Shown here piece by piece: positions 35,545-45,808 of a DNA stretch of 64,000 bases (its first letter is position 1; every line of letters starts with the position of its first letter). Made by a program: the position numbers and the translations under genes. The stretch covers positions 248,001 to 312,000 of the forward strand of contig BROI01000016.1 of the NCBI GenBank assembly GCA_027923505.1. Reading direction: 5' to 3'. Origin of the DNA: Mayamaea pseudoterrestris (taxonomy: Eukaryota). The notes under the pieces are model-generated. The model had not been told where the DNA came from, did no database searches, and saw only the letters and a program-made list of their open reading frames with translations.

Positions 35545-37021
35545 ATGAAGATATTTGCGTTACTGTGGAGCGTATCGACGACTCTCGCCTTTACAGCATC
35601 ACCTGGTGACTGCTTTTCGAAAAAGCGAGTCTTGTCGTCACAGCAGTCCAACCAGCAGCATCAAGATGCCAGTGATACAAGCCTTGCGGCAATCAGCAGT
35701 CGTCGACTAGTACTACAAACTGGAATTGCTGCAATTGCTGCTGCTACTATACTGGGAATCTCCTTGCCATCGTTCGCCAGCACGAGCGACTTGGTGGAGT
35801 CACTGTCGACCTCGTCCTCGACGACTGGCACGGTCGATTACAAAGCGGTTGCTTCGGACATTGCGGCGCTCATCAAGCAGGATCCAAACAAGGGACCGAC
35901 CATGGTATGTGCATGAATGATTTCCATATAGAGCGATAATGCATGATTGGCCTTGCATTTCGTCGGATCGCTACATGGCGATGTGACGAGTTAAAGCAAC
36001 ACACTTTAGCAAACAAGAGCAATTACGTATTTCATCGTCTTTTGTCTTAAACTCACCTTTCTGCATCATTATTCTTGTTTTCATTCAGGTCCGCTTGGCG
36101 TGGCATTCGTGTGGCACCTACGACGCCTCCGACCAGACGGGCGGCTCGTCGTCGGGAAGCATTCGCTTCGCCAAGGAGCTTGCCCACGGCGGCAACGCTG
36201 GACTGGCACTATCGGCAGTTGCATGGCTGGAACCAGTCTACGAGAAGCATGCTGGTCTGTCACACGCTGACTTGTACACACTGGCGGGTGTTGTGGCGAT
36301 TCATGAAATGAAGGGACCAGTCATTCAGTGGAAGAGTGGACGCATTGATGCACTGGATGATCAAGGTGTCACGGCGGATGGTAGACTACCAAACGCGGAT
36401 AGTGGACCGCCACTGGCTGATCCGACGGATGCCAAGCATGTTCGACAAGTGTTTAATCGCATGGGATTCAATGATCAAGAGATTGTGGCATTGTCGGGGG
36501 CTCATGCACTGGGACGCTGCCATGAGAATAACTCGGGCTATTCGGGTCCGTGGACGCCGACGCCAACCACCTTTAACAATGCCTACTATACGCTACTGAC
36601 GAATCTTAAATGGGTGCCAAAGGATTGGAGTGGAGTAAGTTAGGAGAATGAAGCGATGGATTACCTGATCATGTATGCAAGTGCTTTGTTCCGTCACGAT
36701 TCCAAAACACTCACCTTTATCGTTTCTTCCAAATCATGCAGCCACCGCAATATGTTAACGGCCCGACGGGTCAACTCATGATGCTTCCGACGGACGTGGT
36801 TCTTTTGCAGGACAAGAGTTTCAAGAAATGGGTGAGTCAACTAAGATCCGTACGATGTGCGCGCGAAACATCACTCATCCCATTCATTCGCCAACAATTG
36901 GTATTACCAGGTGGATGTCTACGCAAAGGACGCGCAAACCTTTTACGACGATTTCTCCAAGAGTTTTCAAAAGTTGGAGGAGCTTGGAACGTCCGGACTT
37001 GTTGCCACCGAGTGGGTGTAG
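35545..37021 (+). CDS. CCP: Class I heme peroxidase, cytochrome c peroxidase type; exons 35545-35904, 36089-36634, 36742-36831, 36911-37021
   Basis: Spliced product has GPTMVRLAWHSCGTYD, GRLPNAD, EIVALSGAHALGRCH, GYSGPWT and LMMLPTD. Three GT-AG introns keep the frame. Confidence 0.92.
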
Positions 37022-37206
37022 CCGATTCTTGGTATGTAATTGGCGCTAAAACGAGTAAGTATTCCCAAAAGCTAAAGTACAAAAGTATTACATAGATTCA
37101 TCCGACTCTGCCCGCTAAACTGCTCATGTAAATGCGCAATCGAATCCGTCAACATGCATTGACGTCTTTTTGTTTCGTCCACCTCGTCTATTAACACTTG
37201 TCTTCC

Positions 37207-38031
37207 TCAAAAAACTGCCTCTCCATCGCCGCCGCCGCCATCCGAGTCGCCATTGTCGTCACTGTCGTAGTGATTTTGGCCATAGTCAAAGTCTTGCTCA
37301 AAGTCATCGACTGGAGCTAGTTCGTCGTCCTCCTCGAAATCGTCCTGCTGCTGTTCGTCGTCCAGTCCTTGCTGCTGCTCCGCCTTGACGTTGCTAGCAC
37401 TGTTGGGCAATGACTGTGTTCCATGCGCATTTACAGACGCCGCTTCCCGCTCAGCAAGTTCGTTCCAACTCACGGGCGCTGCATCCGGAACGACTGCAGA
37501 CGAATCAGTGACTGCTGCTGCATTTCGACTAGTCTTTTGCTTCTTTCGTTTTGGTAGTCCAAAGAGTTCCTCGGGAATGTAGTTGGCGTCGAGTCGCCCC
37601 ATGGCGCGCTGCATCAACTCACGACGCTCATCCCATGATTGCGTCGTGGCAGCCTCCGCCAGCAAGTCACTCTGCTTGCGCAGCGCGTCTCGAATCTCGT
37701 CCTGCTTACTGAGCATGTAGGTCACGTTGGAGGGTCGCGTCGGGCGTGAAAGTGGCGTTGCTGCTGTCGTCGCAGAGTCCATTTCCGACTTGACAAGGGC
37801 TGGATCACTTGTATTATTATTGTTCATTGACTCCATTTCCGCTTGCGACAGACTGCGTCTGCGTCCACTCGAGTGCCAGTAAATGTCCGCGTAGAGTGAT
37901 GGATGCGTAATGTTGTACAACAATACTTGTCCATCCTGGCCGTGCCCACTGGTTTCCTGCAATATGCCAAGGTTGCGACTCACGGGACGACCGCCACGAC
38001 CGCCTCGGCCTCCACCGCGACTACTTGACAT
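37207..38031 (-). CDS. RPC31: RNA polymerase III subunit C31/RPC7-like
   Basis: N-terminal RGGGRGGRGG, PSLY, YIPEEL and acidic tail ending DYGQNHYDSDD...EAVF, typical of Rpc31/POLR3G. Confidence 0.7.
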   Translation of the reverse strand: MSSSRGGGRGGRGGRPVSRNLGILQETSGHGQDGQVLLYNITHPSLYADIYWHSSGRRRSLSQAEMESMNNNNTSDPALVKSEMDSATTAATPLSRPTRPSNVTYMLSKQDEIRDALRKQSDLLAEAATTQSWDERRELMQRAMGRLDANYIPEELFGLPKRKKQKTSRNAAAVTDSSAVVPDAAPVSWNELAEREAASVNAHGTQSLPNSASNVKAEQQQGLDDEQQQDDFEEDDELAPVDDFEQDFDYGQNHYDSDDNGDSDGGGGDGEAVF

Positions 38032-38330
38032 GATATATATTTAGAGTAGAGTAGCGTCGTGTATATTGTATATGTAATGTATTGACTGTGGACACTTGAT
38101 TGGAACGACGACGACGAGGATTGATGGAATTGTGATGAATGGTTGATTCGACGGCGCGCCACATACGAACGTCGTACTGGTACTTTTTTATAGTACCAGT
38201 GCGAGACCATGCGTCACACACGACCGAAAAGGTTCGCAGTGACATTCCAGCAAGACTGCCAAGCGATAAAGAATGAGCATCACAAATCCAATTCCGCCGC
38301 AGCCTCGTCTCGCTCTATGCTCCTGGCAAA

Positions 38331-39746
38331 ATGAAGAGACAATCATCCTACTATTCCATACAGATGCTGTTACTCCTGCTGCTACTCGTGCACTGCATTA
38401 AGCAAGCAGCAGCGGCTGTCACCAATACTACTACTATCACACTCGCTCCGTCTCGCGTCAAGAGCATCAAGGGCAAATACAGCACTGCCCAAAGCATTTC
38501 CACCTTGGGCCTCCAGCAGCAATCGAATCAGCAAGATACATGGAAGAATTACGTGGAACTCTCCGGCTCTGCCACCGACTCGCTCTTCAAAATCCAGTTT
38601 GATTTGCAAGCGGCGTCAACAACGCTTTCAAGCGACAGTCAAATTCAAAGCATGACGGTCAAGCTAAACTCCATTGGACTACCATACAATCAGCAAAAGC
38701 GCATCTACAAGCTGAGAAATTTTGCCACCAACAAATGGGTGACGATTGGCAGTAACCGCAACGCTCCAAACTGGTCTTGGTACTACCAAACAATGACTCT
38801 AACGTCGTCCGACTACTACAACTATAACAAGGGACCAGCCGTTTCCATTCAAATCAGCTCCAGCAACAAGCTGGACGTTTGCAACGTGGATTACTTGGTG
38901 GTGGAAATAGTCTACGCGAGTAGCAGCAGCAATTCGCCAGTGGCGTCGCCACCCTCACCCGCTGCACCCGCATCATCATGGTGGCAACCAAAGGCATCCG
39001 ACCAACTGACATGGCAGTACCAGCTGCAGGGCGTCATTGACACGAGTGTTGATGCTGACATTTTCGACATTGATTTGTTCGCCGCCGCCGCCAACAAGAC
39101 TGTAGTTTCAACGCTGCACGCGCAAAACAAGCGCGTGGTTTGCTACTTTTCCGCCGGCACGTACGAAGCGTGGAACACCGACTGGTCGAAATATTTTCCC
39201 TTTGTATCACCAAACGTGGCATACACTGGCAGTCAACCTCCGTTTGCCAATAACATGGCCGACTGGCCAGGCGAGCGGTGGTTGGACGTATCGCGACTCG
39301 AACTACTGCAGCCAATCATGACGGCCCGCATGAAACTCGCGAAACACATTGGTTGCGACGCGGTCGATCCCGACAATTTGGATGCTTACTCCAACACAGT
39401 GGAAGTGGGACTGCCGCGCTTGACGGCAACACAGCAACTGGTTTACAATAGGTGGATTGCGGAAACGGCGCATTCGTTGGGACTTGGCGTTGGTTTGAAG
39501 AATGACCTTGGACAGCTAAAGGACTTGGTCGATTTTTACGACTTTGCCGTCAATGAACAATGCTTTCAGTACGACGAGTGCGACAAGTATACGAACAGCT
39601 TCATCGCGCGAGACAAGGCCGTCTTTGGCGTCGAGTATCAGGGCGATCCAGCCGTCGTTTGTCCAAAGGCCAAGGCACTGCAGCTGTCCTTTTCCTTCAA
39701 GAAGCTTTCACTCAAGGCGTATCGACTTGGTTGTGAAAATTACTAA
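38331..39746 (+). CDS. Secreted GH114 glycoside hydrolase (endo-alpha-1,4-galactosaminidase-like) with N-terminal extra domain
   Basis: Signal peptide; WQYQLQG, DIDLF, VVCYFSAGTYE, WPGERWLD, GCDAVDPDNLD, VGLKND, FAVNEQC, FGVEY. Confidence 0.88.
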   Translation: MKRQSSYYSIQMLLLLLLLVHCIKQAAAAVTNTTTITLAPSRVKSIKGKYSTAQSISTLGLQQQSNQQDTWKNYVELSGSATDSLFKIQFDLQAASTTLSSDSQIQSMTVKLNSIGLPYNQQKRIYKLRNFATNKWVTIGSNRNAPNWSWYYQTMTLTSSDYYNYNKGPAVSIQISSSNKLDVCNVDYLVVEIVYASSSSNSPVASPPSPAAPASSWWQPKASDQLTWQYQLQGVIDTSVDADIFDIDLFAAAANKTVVSTLHAQNKRVVCYFSAGTYEAWNTDWSKYFPFVSPNVAYTGSQPPFANNMADWPGERWLDVSRLELLQPIMTARMKLAKHIGCDAVDPDNLDAYSNTVEVGLPRLTATQQLVYNRWIAETAHSLGLGVGLKNDLGQLKDLVDFYDFAVNEQCFQYDECDKYTNSFIARDKAVFGVEYQGDPAVVCPKAKALQLSFSFKKLSLKAYRLGCENY

Positions 39747-40017
39747 TTAATTTCCACAGCTCGACTGACTGTGAGTGAGCTGACTTGCTCTATTTGTTGC
39801 TCGACGCTCCAGTAGTGGGATGGCATACGCTACGTTCATGAAGTTGATGATACTTATATGAGGTACCAGTACACACTAATTAATCTATTCAATTCAAATA
39901 GTCACCAGTGCGTATAGATGTAATAAAATAAATAGTTTAAATGAGTATGCCTCTCTCATGTCAAGTCCCAACAATTGTCAAACCCGCCGCGCGCATGACA
40001 ATCGCCACGATATCTCT

Positions 40018-42115
40018 CTAAAGCTGCTCCACTCCACCAGCAGCTGGAGCAGGCAAGCGGCGACGAGCAATGTTTGCCGGGCCGCCGCCTCCAACGTTCC
40101 AATGCTGCGTCGTCATGCGACCCTCGCCAAGTTTGCGCAATACCTTGGCATCCAATAATCCCGATCGTTGCTTGACCGTTCCATCGTCCGCCTGGAGATT
40201 GTTGGTAATCTCCGACCGGCGATACGAAACCGTTCCAGACGGCGGCAGCTCCAGCTGGTCCGATCCATTGTTGATCAACTCCGAGCCGCGCAGGCGCAAA
40301 ATGGCATTGCCCGGAGAAACAGAACTGATCCCAGTCAATGTATTGTTGGAAATGCTCGAATCGACAACAGTTGCATCACCTTGCTCCAAATATACTCCAG
40401 AATGTCCCCGCGCAATGCCTCCAATCAGCTTGCTACCAATGCCATTCAAAACAACGTCCGACTGCTGCATGTTCGCCCGACTTCCATTTCCGCCCACGTA
40501 AACGCCAGTGGCGGCGCACTTGATCACGGCGCAAGACTGTACATCCAAGCTGCCGCCATCCATGCACACAATGCCGCGGCCCGACTTGCTCGTGACAAGA
40601 CACTTGGTCATGCGGCAGACTGGTAATGAAGGAGGGGGCGTGGCCAAGACAATATTTCGCTGCGCCATTGGTTGCAGCTGAATGGCAGCATTCCCATTCC
40701 AAATATCCAAGCCGTGCGAGGAATGCAAAATCGTCAAATGATCCAAATTTAAAACGCCTTGCTGCACCAAAAAGACTGGCTCATTCTCGCGCCGCGTCTT
40801 GAGGCAAACAATGGCAGTTTGCTCTCGCGGTGTCGCCGACTCATCAGTGTCACTTTCCAACGAGCTACTGCTGCTGGAAGCGCACTGCGGCACCACGGTA
40901 CGTCCCGATAGTGACGTGGAATCCGACAGGGACGAAAAGGAAACATCCGAATCGTGACTTTCAATGGGCGGCGGAAAGGACGCCAAAACTTCCACTTGAT
41001 CGCGAGCCGCAAACTTGCAGTTCCAGCGAATGCGCTTCTTGCTGCTTGGAGCTGGCAATGACGATGTAAAAGCTGCAGCCGTTGTATCCAAGCCGCGTCG
41101 AGCACACGCCATGCTACTATTCATTGGCGGCTGAAACAAGTTTCGTGGCAATTGAATCGTTTCAATCGACACCATCACTCCGTGCGGCGCGCAAACGACA
41201 ATGGATTCCTTGAGCATGTACTTTGTATTGGGCCGCAACAAGACGCGAATCGAGCGAGCCTGCAGGTTGCGTGGACTAGAGTCTCCGGCATTGCGCTGCA
41301 AAAAGGAGCGCATGGAAAAGTGGCTCGGCATGGAATTGGCGTGCGCCAGCGCCAGGGCGGATGAAATGCTCGAGTAGTCGACTGGAACGCAGGGAGAGAA
41401 GCGATAAAAATCCTTCCAGGACTCTGGCTCCGCGTCTCCTTCCTTCCACTGCAGAAGAATTATATAAACATGGAGTGAGTAATTTAATTAATGATGCGAT
41501 AGATAACAAAATCTGAACAATTATTCCGACGCTCATTCTCGTTCATTCATTCATCCTGATCCGCTTCCACTCTCCAATCAATCATGATTCTTACTATTAT
41601 TTACTCACCTTGTACGAATCCATGCACAAGATTTTCCACGTCGCCTCCTCCTCAATCAGTTTCTTCCAGTGCGCATTCGTCTCGTACAATGAACGAGTCG
41701 TTTGCGGACCAGCCAGCGCCAAAATCTTGGGCAGCAAGTCGCGAGGACACGCCGATTGTAACCAATGCACCAGTGACGGCGGAGTAATACTACTAGCATC
41801 ATTTGCTGCTGCTGCAAAAGTACTTGTAATTATATCAATACTCATGGCTGCTGGAGCTGCTTCTGGCACTTGCAGCAGCATGGCGTCAAACACGGATGCT
41901 CGACTCGACGCCGGATGAATGATTCCAGTCGCCAACGCCAATTGACTCGACGACGGCTGCGGCTGCTGCATGCGCTTGCTTTTAATTTCCAATGCCGGCA
42001 TGACGGCCCGCCGCGACCGAAACCATGGACTCGTCGTCGCCGCACAAGATTTGCCGCTCGTTGGCGGCTGCTGGCGGCTGGAATGCTGCGACGCGGAGGA
42101 TGGCTGCTGCAACAT
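40018..42115 (-). CDS. F-box-like plus right-handed beta-helix (pectin-lyase-like) protein; exons 42115-41609, 41448-40018
   Basis: CPRDLLPKILAL..TNAHW..W F-box-like segment. The 160-nt GT-AG intron splices in frame (K|WKEG..VPVDYSSISSAL). G-V/I-Y beta-helix repeats. Confidence 0.8.
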
Positions 42116-42735
42116 GATGCAAATTAATCGAAAATACTTGATCTACTACTGCTTGCTTGACTCTTTTCTCTCTCACTCTAGACTTCTCAATTGTATACTA
42201 CTACTCGTAGTCGTACTTGAACGTCGTCAACAATGAATGAGAGATGGCGCAGGGAAGACCTTCGAACGAGGCCGCTTCTCCAAAACCCTGCGACCGGAAC
42301 GGCGCGAAACTGCCGCGCACGCGCCGAGTCACGGAGACGAAGTGTGCCTGAAAGTGTACGGTACACCAACCGGCGCAGTCACGTCACGAACGCTTCGGTT
42401 CCACTTAACCGTCTGTGACGTCATGGTGTCAGGGTCATTTGTCGGAGCGGTAATAAAGATCTTTTGAAATTAGTGAGTGATAGAACGCAATGGGAAAGAC
42501 TATGATGCTTATTACCAAGTCTAGCTATGCTACTAAACTGATAGTGTATACAGTCTTGAAGATTTGTTGGGAGCGCATGGGTAAACGACACTTGCGAACG
42601 ATCCTCCGTCAGAACCTTTGTCGCAACGGCATGGATCTTCGTGAACATCGCCGTGGCATTTCGCGAATCGGTTCTCTGCAAGCGTTGCCATTCACAACGC
42701 AACTCACTATACCCAAGCTGATCAACACTGTTAAC

Positions 42736-44226
42736 ATGTCTGATGCACCTGTGCACGCGGAGTGGATTTGGTCGGGACGGATGGAGCCCTTTGAATTCTT
42801 CCAGACCATGTTTCAATCCGAATCCGACAATGGGAAAAACGTGGGCTACATTACGCTATATTTGGATGAGCCATGCTTGAACGCCTTCAGCCGACTCACC
42901 GAAGAAGCCGTATCTGAATTGTTAACAATCTTGGAATCAGCACCTATTGTCTCGGTGGATGTCGAGTCAGTTTCAATGCTTGGATTTACACATTGGGATG
43001 TCGCATGCGAAGCCGTTCGGTTGTGTCGACTCTGCCAAACCCTTGGCTCTAAACCCAGCTTGAAGCGAGCCCGATTTATTGCACGGCAAGGAGAGTCGTT
43101 CATTCACGGGCTAGCGCTGCGGGAGCTACAACATTTAACCGAAATAACAATGTTCGATCAGTTTGGTCAAATCGGATTTCTTTCTACGGAACTCGCGTAT
43201 GCGCTTCAAACGCATCCTCATCTTAAATCGGTGACCCTTGAAATCCAGAATAGTTGCATAAGTCCTTTGTTGACTGCCTTGCAGTCGAGGTCATCGCTGG
43301 AATTGCATTGGGCCAATCATGGCAACTGGCCCGTTTTGGGTCACACGCTGGCACCTCTGGAAGCTTTGCAGGCCTTTGCCCAAGCCATGTTGCAGTTTTC
43401 AGGCCATCTTTCGTTGTCCTATCATGACTTTTCGGGAAACGGATGCAGCGAAGCTTGATGTCAAGGCATAGCTGCGTTTCAGGGAGAAGGTATAAATATA
43501 AATAACTGCAATGTTGGTTCCCCGGTGCCGTTTGCAGAAGCTTTAGCGAGATCGCGTGCCCGAAGCATTTCGCTCGGCAAGCTTGTTTTCGATCAAGAGG
43601 ACCCGGCGCTTGCAAGCTTCTTTATGTCTTCCTTTGTGGAACGTTTGCCGCAATGTAGATTTTTAAATGAGCTAGGGATCAGCTGCAGCGAAATTGAAAC
43701 TGTCCAAGTATTGCAGCATGCAACGGGCCATCCCAGTATCAAGACTTTAAGATTGGGTATACAATACTACACACGCGCGATCGATGGTGCGCTTGCGAGC
43801 TGCGTTCGAGGAAGTAACATGTCATGTCTCAATGAAGTTGTCGTTAGTTGTCATGCGGCAACAGAGAAGGCGTCGTCAATGAAAGGCATAATGATCTTGG
43901 ATGCAATGAAGGAAAATTATTCTTTAACGAATTTTCAGATAAATTATACAAGCTTGGCGCTTTTTGACGTTGCAATTGATTCACTGCAAGCAGATATAGA
44001 CGCCATTTGTCGTTTGAACTCGGTGGGTTGGAGATATCTGGCAATTGACGCAACCAACCGGACAAAGGGCATTGCATTGCTTGGTGCCATTTCGAATGAG
44101 ATGGACTGTCTTTATTTCCACTTGCGGGAGAATCCGTTGCTTTGTAGCCAAGAAGCGAGGAACACAACATCGTCGAAGGTCCACAAGCGTAAGCGTAAGC
44201 GCGCCCCGTCGCAGGATGAAGTTTAG
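42736..44226 (+). pseudogene. RNI-like LRR paralog interrupted by a single in-frame TGA (43456-43458)
   Basis: ORFs 42490..43458 and 43525..44226 share a frame. The intervening sequence reads SEA*CQGIAAF, matching QIFCAGIASS in the paralog. C-terminal MDCLYFHLRENPLLC. Confidence 0.75.
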
Positions 44227-45808
44227 CATATACGATACTTATCTACTGCGGCTTAAATCCACATTCTTGAGCTTACCCGATGTATTTTGGAATGGCGGGA
44301 CAAGATGGATAAAAGTAGTTACAAAATGTAGGAAGCTATTCTTGTCGATCGATAATGAGTAGTTCGGCGAGGTGGCGAGGTCGGCCCTCGGTTCGAATTT
44401 CTTCAACTCGCATCAATTTGATCGACACGCGCTCGGCACAGTCACTCAAAGCAGCTAGATCCATCAAGCAAAGTTGCCAATTACCTTGAGGCAGCTGCGT
44501 CGTTTTTCGAGAGTTTCCATGTTGGTAGCTTTTGCAGTAGTGCAGAACGCTCATGCATGACATTGACATTGATGCCGCGAGTTATTCGATGGCAATCTTG
44601 AAGCGAAATGATGTATATTGTTGATGTTTCCAGATTCATGTCGCGATAGCAATGGAAGTTGCGGATGAAAACGAAGTGAGGAGATTGCTGCGACTCCAAA
44701 CTTGCTGCTACTGCTGCCGAATCGTCGGAATGCAATACACGACGGCTCCGGCAACGGTCAAAGTACAGGTACTTTGAAAAAAGTACAGGTACTTTGAGCT
44801 GACGCAAACACGATCGAGTTGCTTCAGTCACCTAATCATGTTCTTCGTTATAGTTTATGTCTATTGACAAGCTCCTCCTCCATGCTCACCGACAACAGGA
44901 CGGTAAACTGTCGCGTCGCCAAAAGCCGCTTCATGTTGATGTTGCGAATACGTAGTTGCGATCTTTGGATCTGTGAGTCGCGCATTGACGTCATACAAAT
45001 GTCAAAGGCGTCATAAAAGTCATGCAATTCTAAAATGACTCGATGTCATAGCTATCAATTGGTTGGCAGTAACCGTGCGCCAATCTTTTGTACATACAAT
45101 GCAGCCACAGTGCAAAATCAAACTACTCTTTTGATACAGTTTTTAATAATTCCTTGATAAGCAAAAGCAGTGTTTAGGTGTCACTCACGCTCAAGCTCAT
45201 GCCCTTCCAAGATTCATTAACTGAACAGTACATAGGGAAAGGTTGAACAGCAGCATATGCACGCATAATATTAGAATGCAATTATGTCGCTGCGCTCCCT
45301 CCTTCCATCCATTACCTACCGGTGGTCTCGTACTCGAAAAGGCATGTACGTTTGATAGAGACGTCGTATGGTAGGTAATCCAAAGCGAAGCAGGCCTTCT
45401 TCCACCGCTCATGCAACGGCGGGGAGTTGCCTTGGCCTTGCAGCGGCTACAAGTAGGCCATTCCATTCATGATGGGAAATGTATCATTGGGAATTGATAT
45501 ATGCCCAAACGCGGAGTTGCATCTGTTTCTACTATTGCCATGACATGTTATGACTGATGTAGCCGTTTTCCACTTATGCACTCGTCGGAAGCGATTGACA
45601 CGAGGGGCAGGTAGTGAACCTACGATGCGCGGCCATCTGGCGTCTCGTCGGATCAGTGGTCACGGGTGCCACCTCGAGGCACAAAAAAGTACCCTGTCAG
45701 ACGCCGGAGGTTCAACACGCTACAAGAGACGAACGCAATACATTCAGCCGCTTCTTGTATATAGTGCAGTGACTCTTTCTAGCAGCAGCAGCAACTCATA
45801 GTAGCATC

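Noticed and set aside
43456..43461. Selenocysteine reading of TGA-TGT (UC)
   Set aside because: The paralog has Phe there, there is no redox fold, and I could not identify a SECIS.
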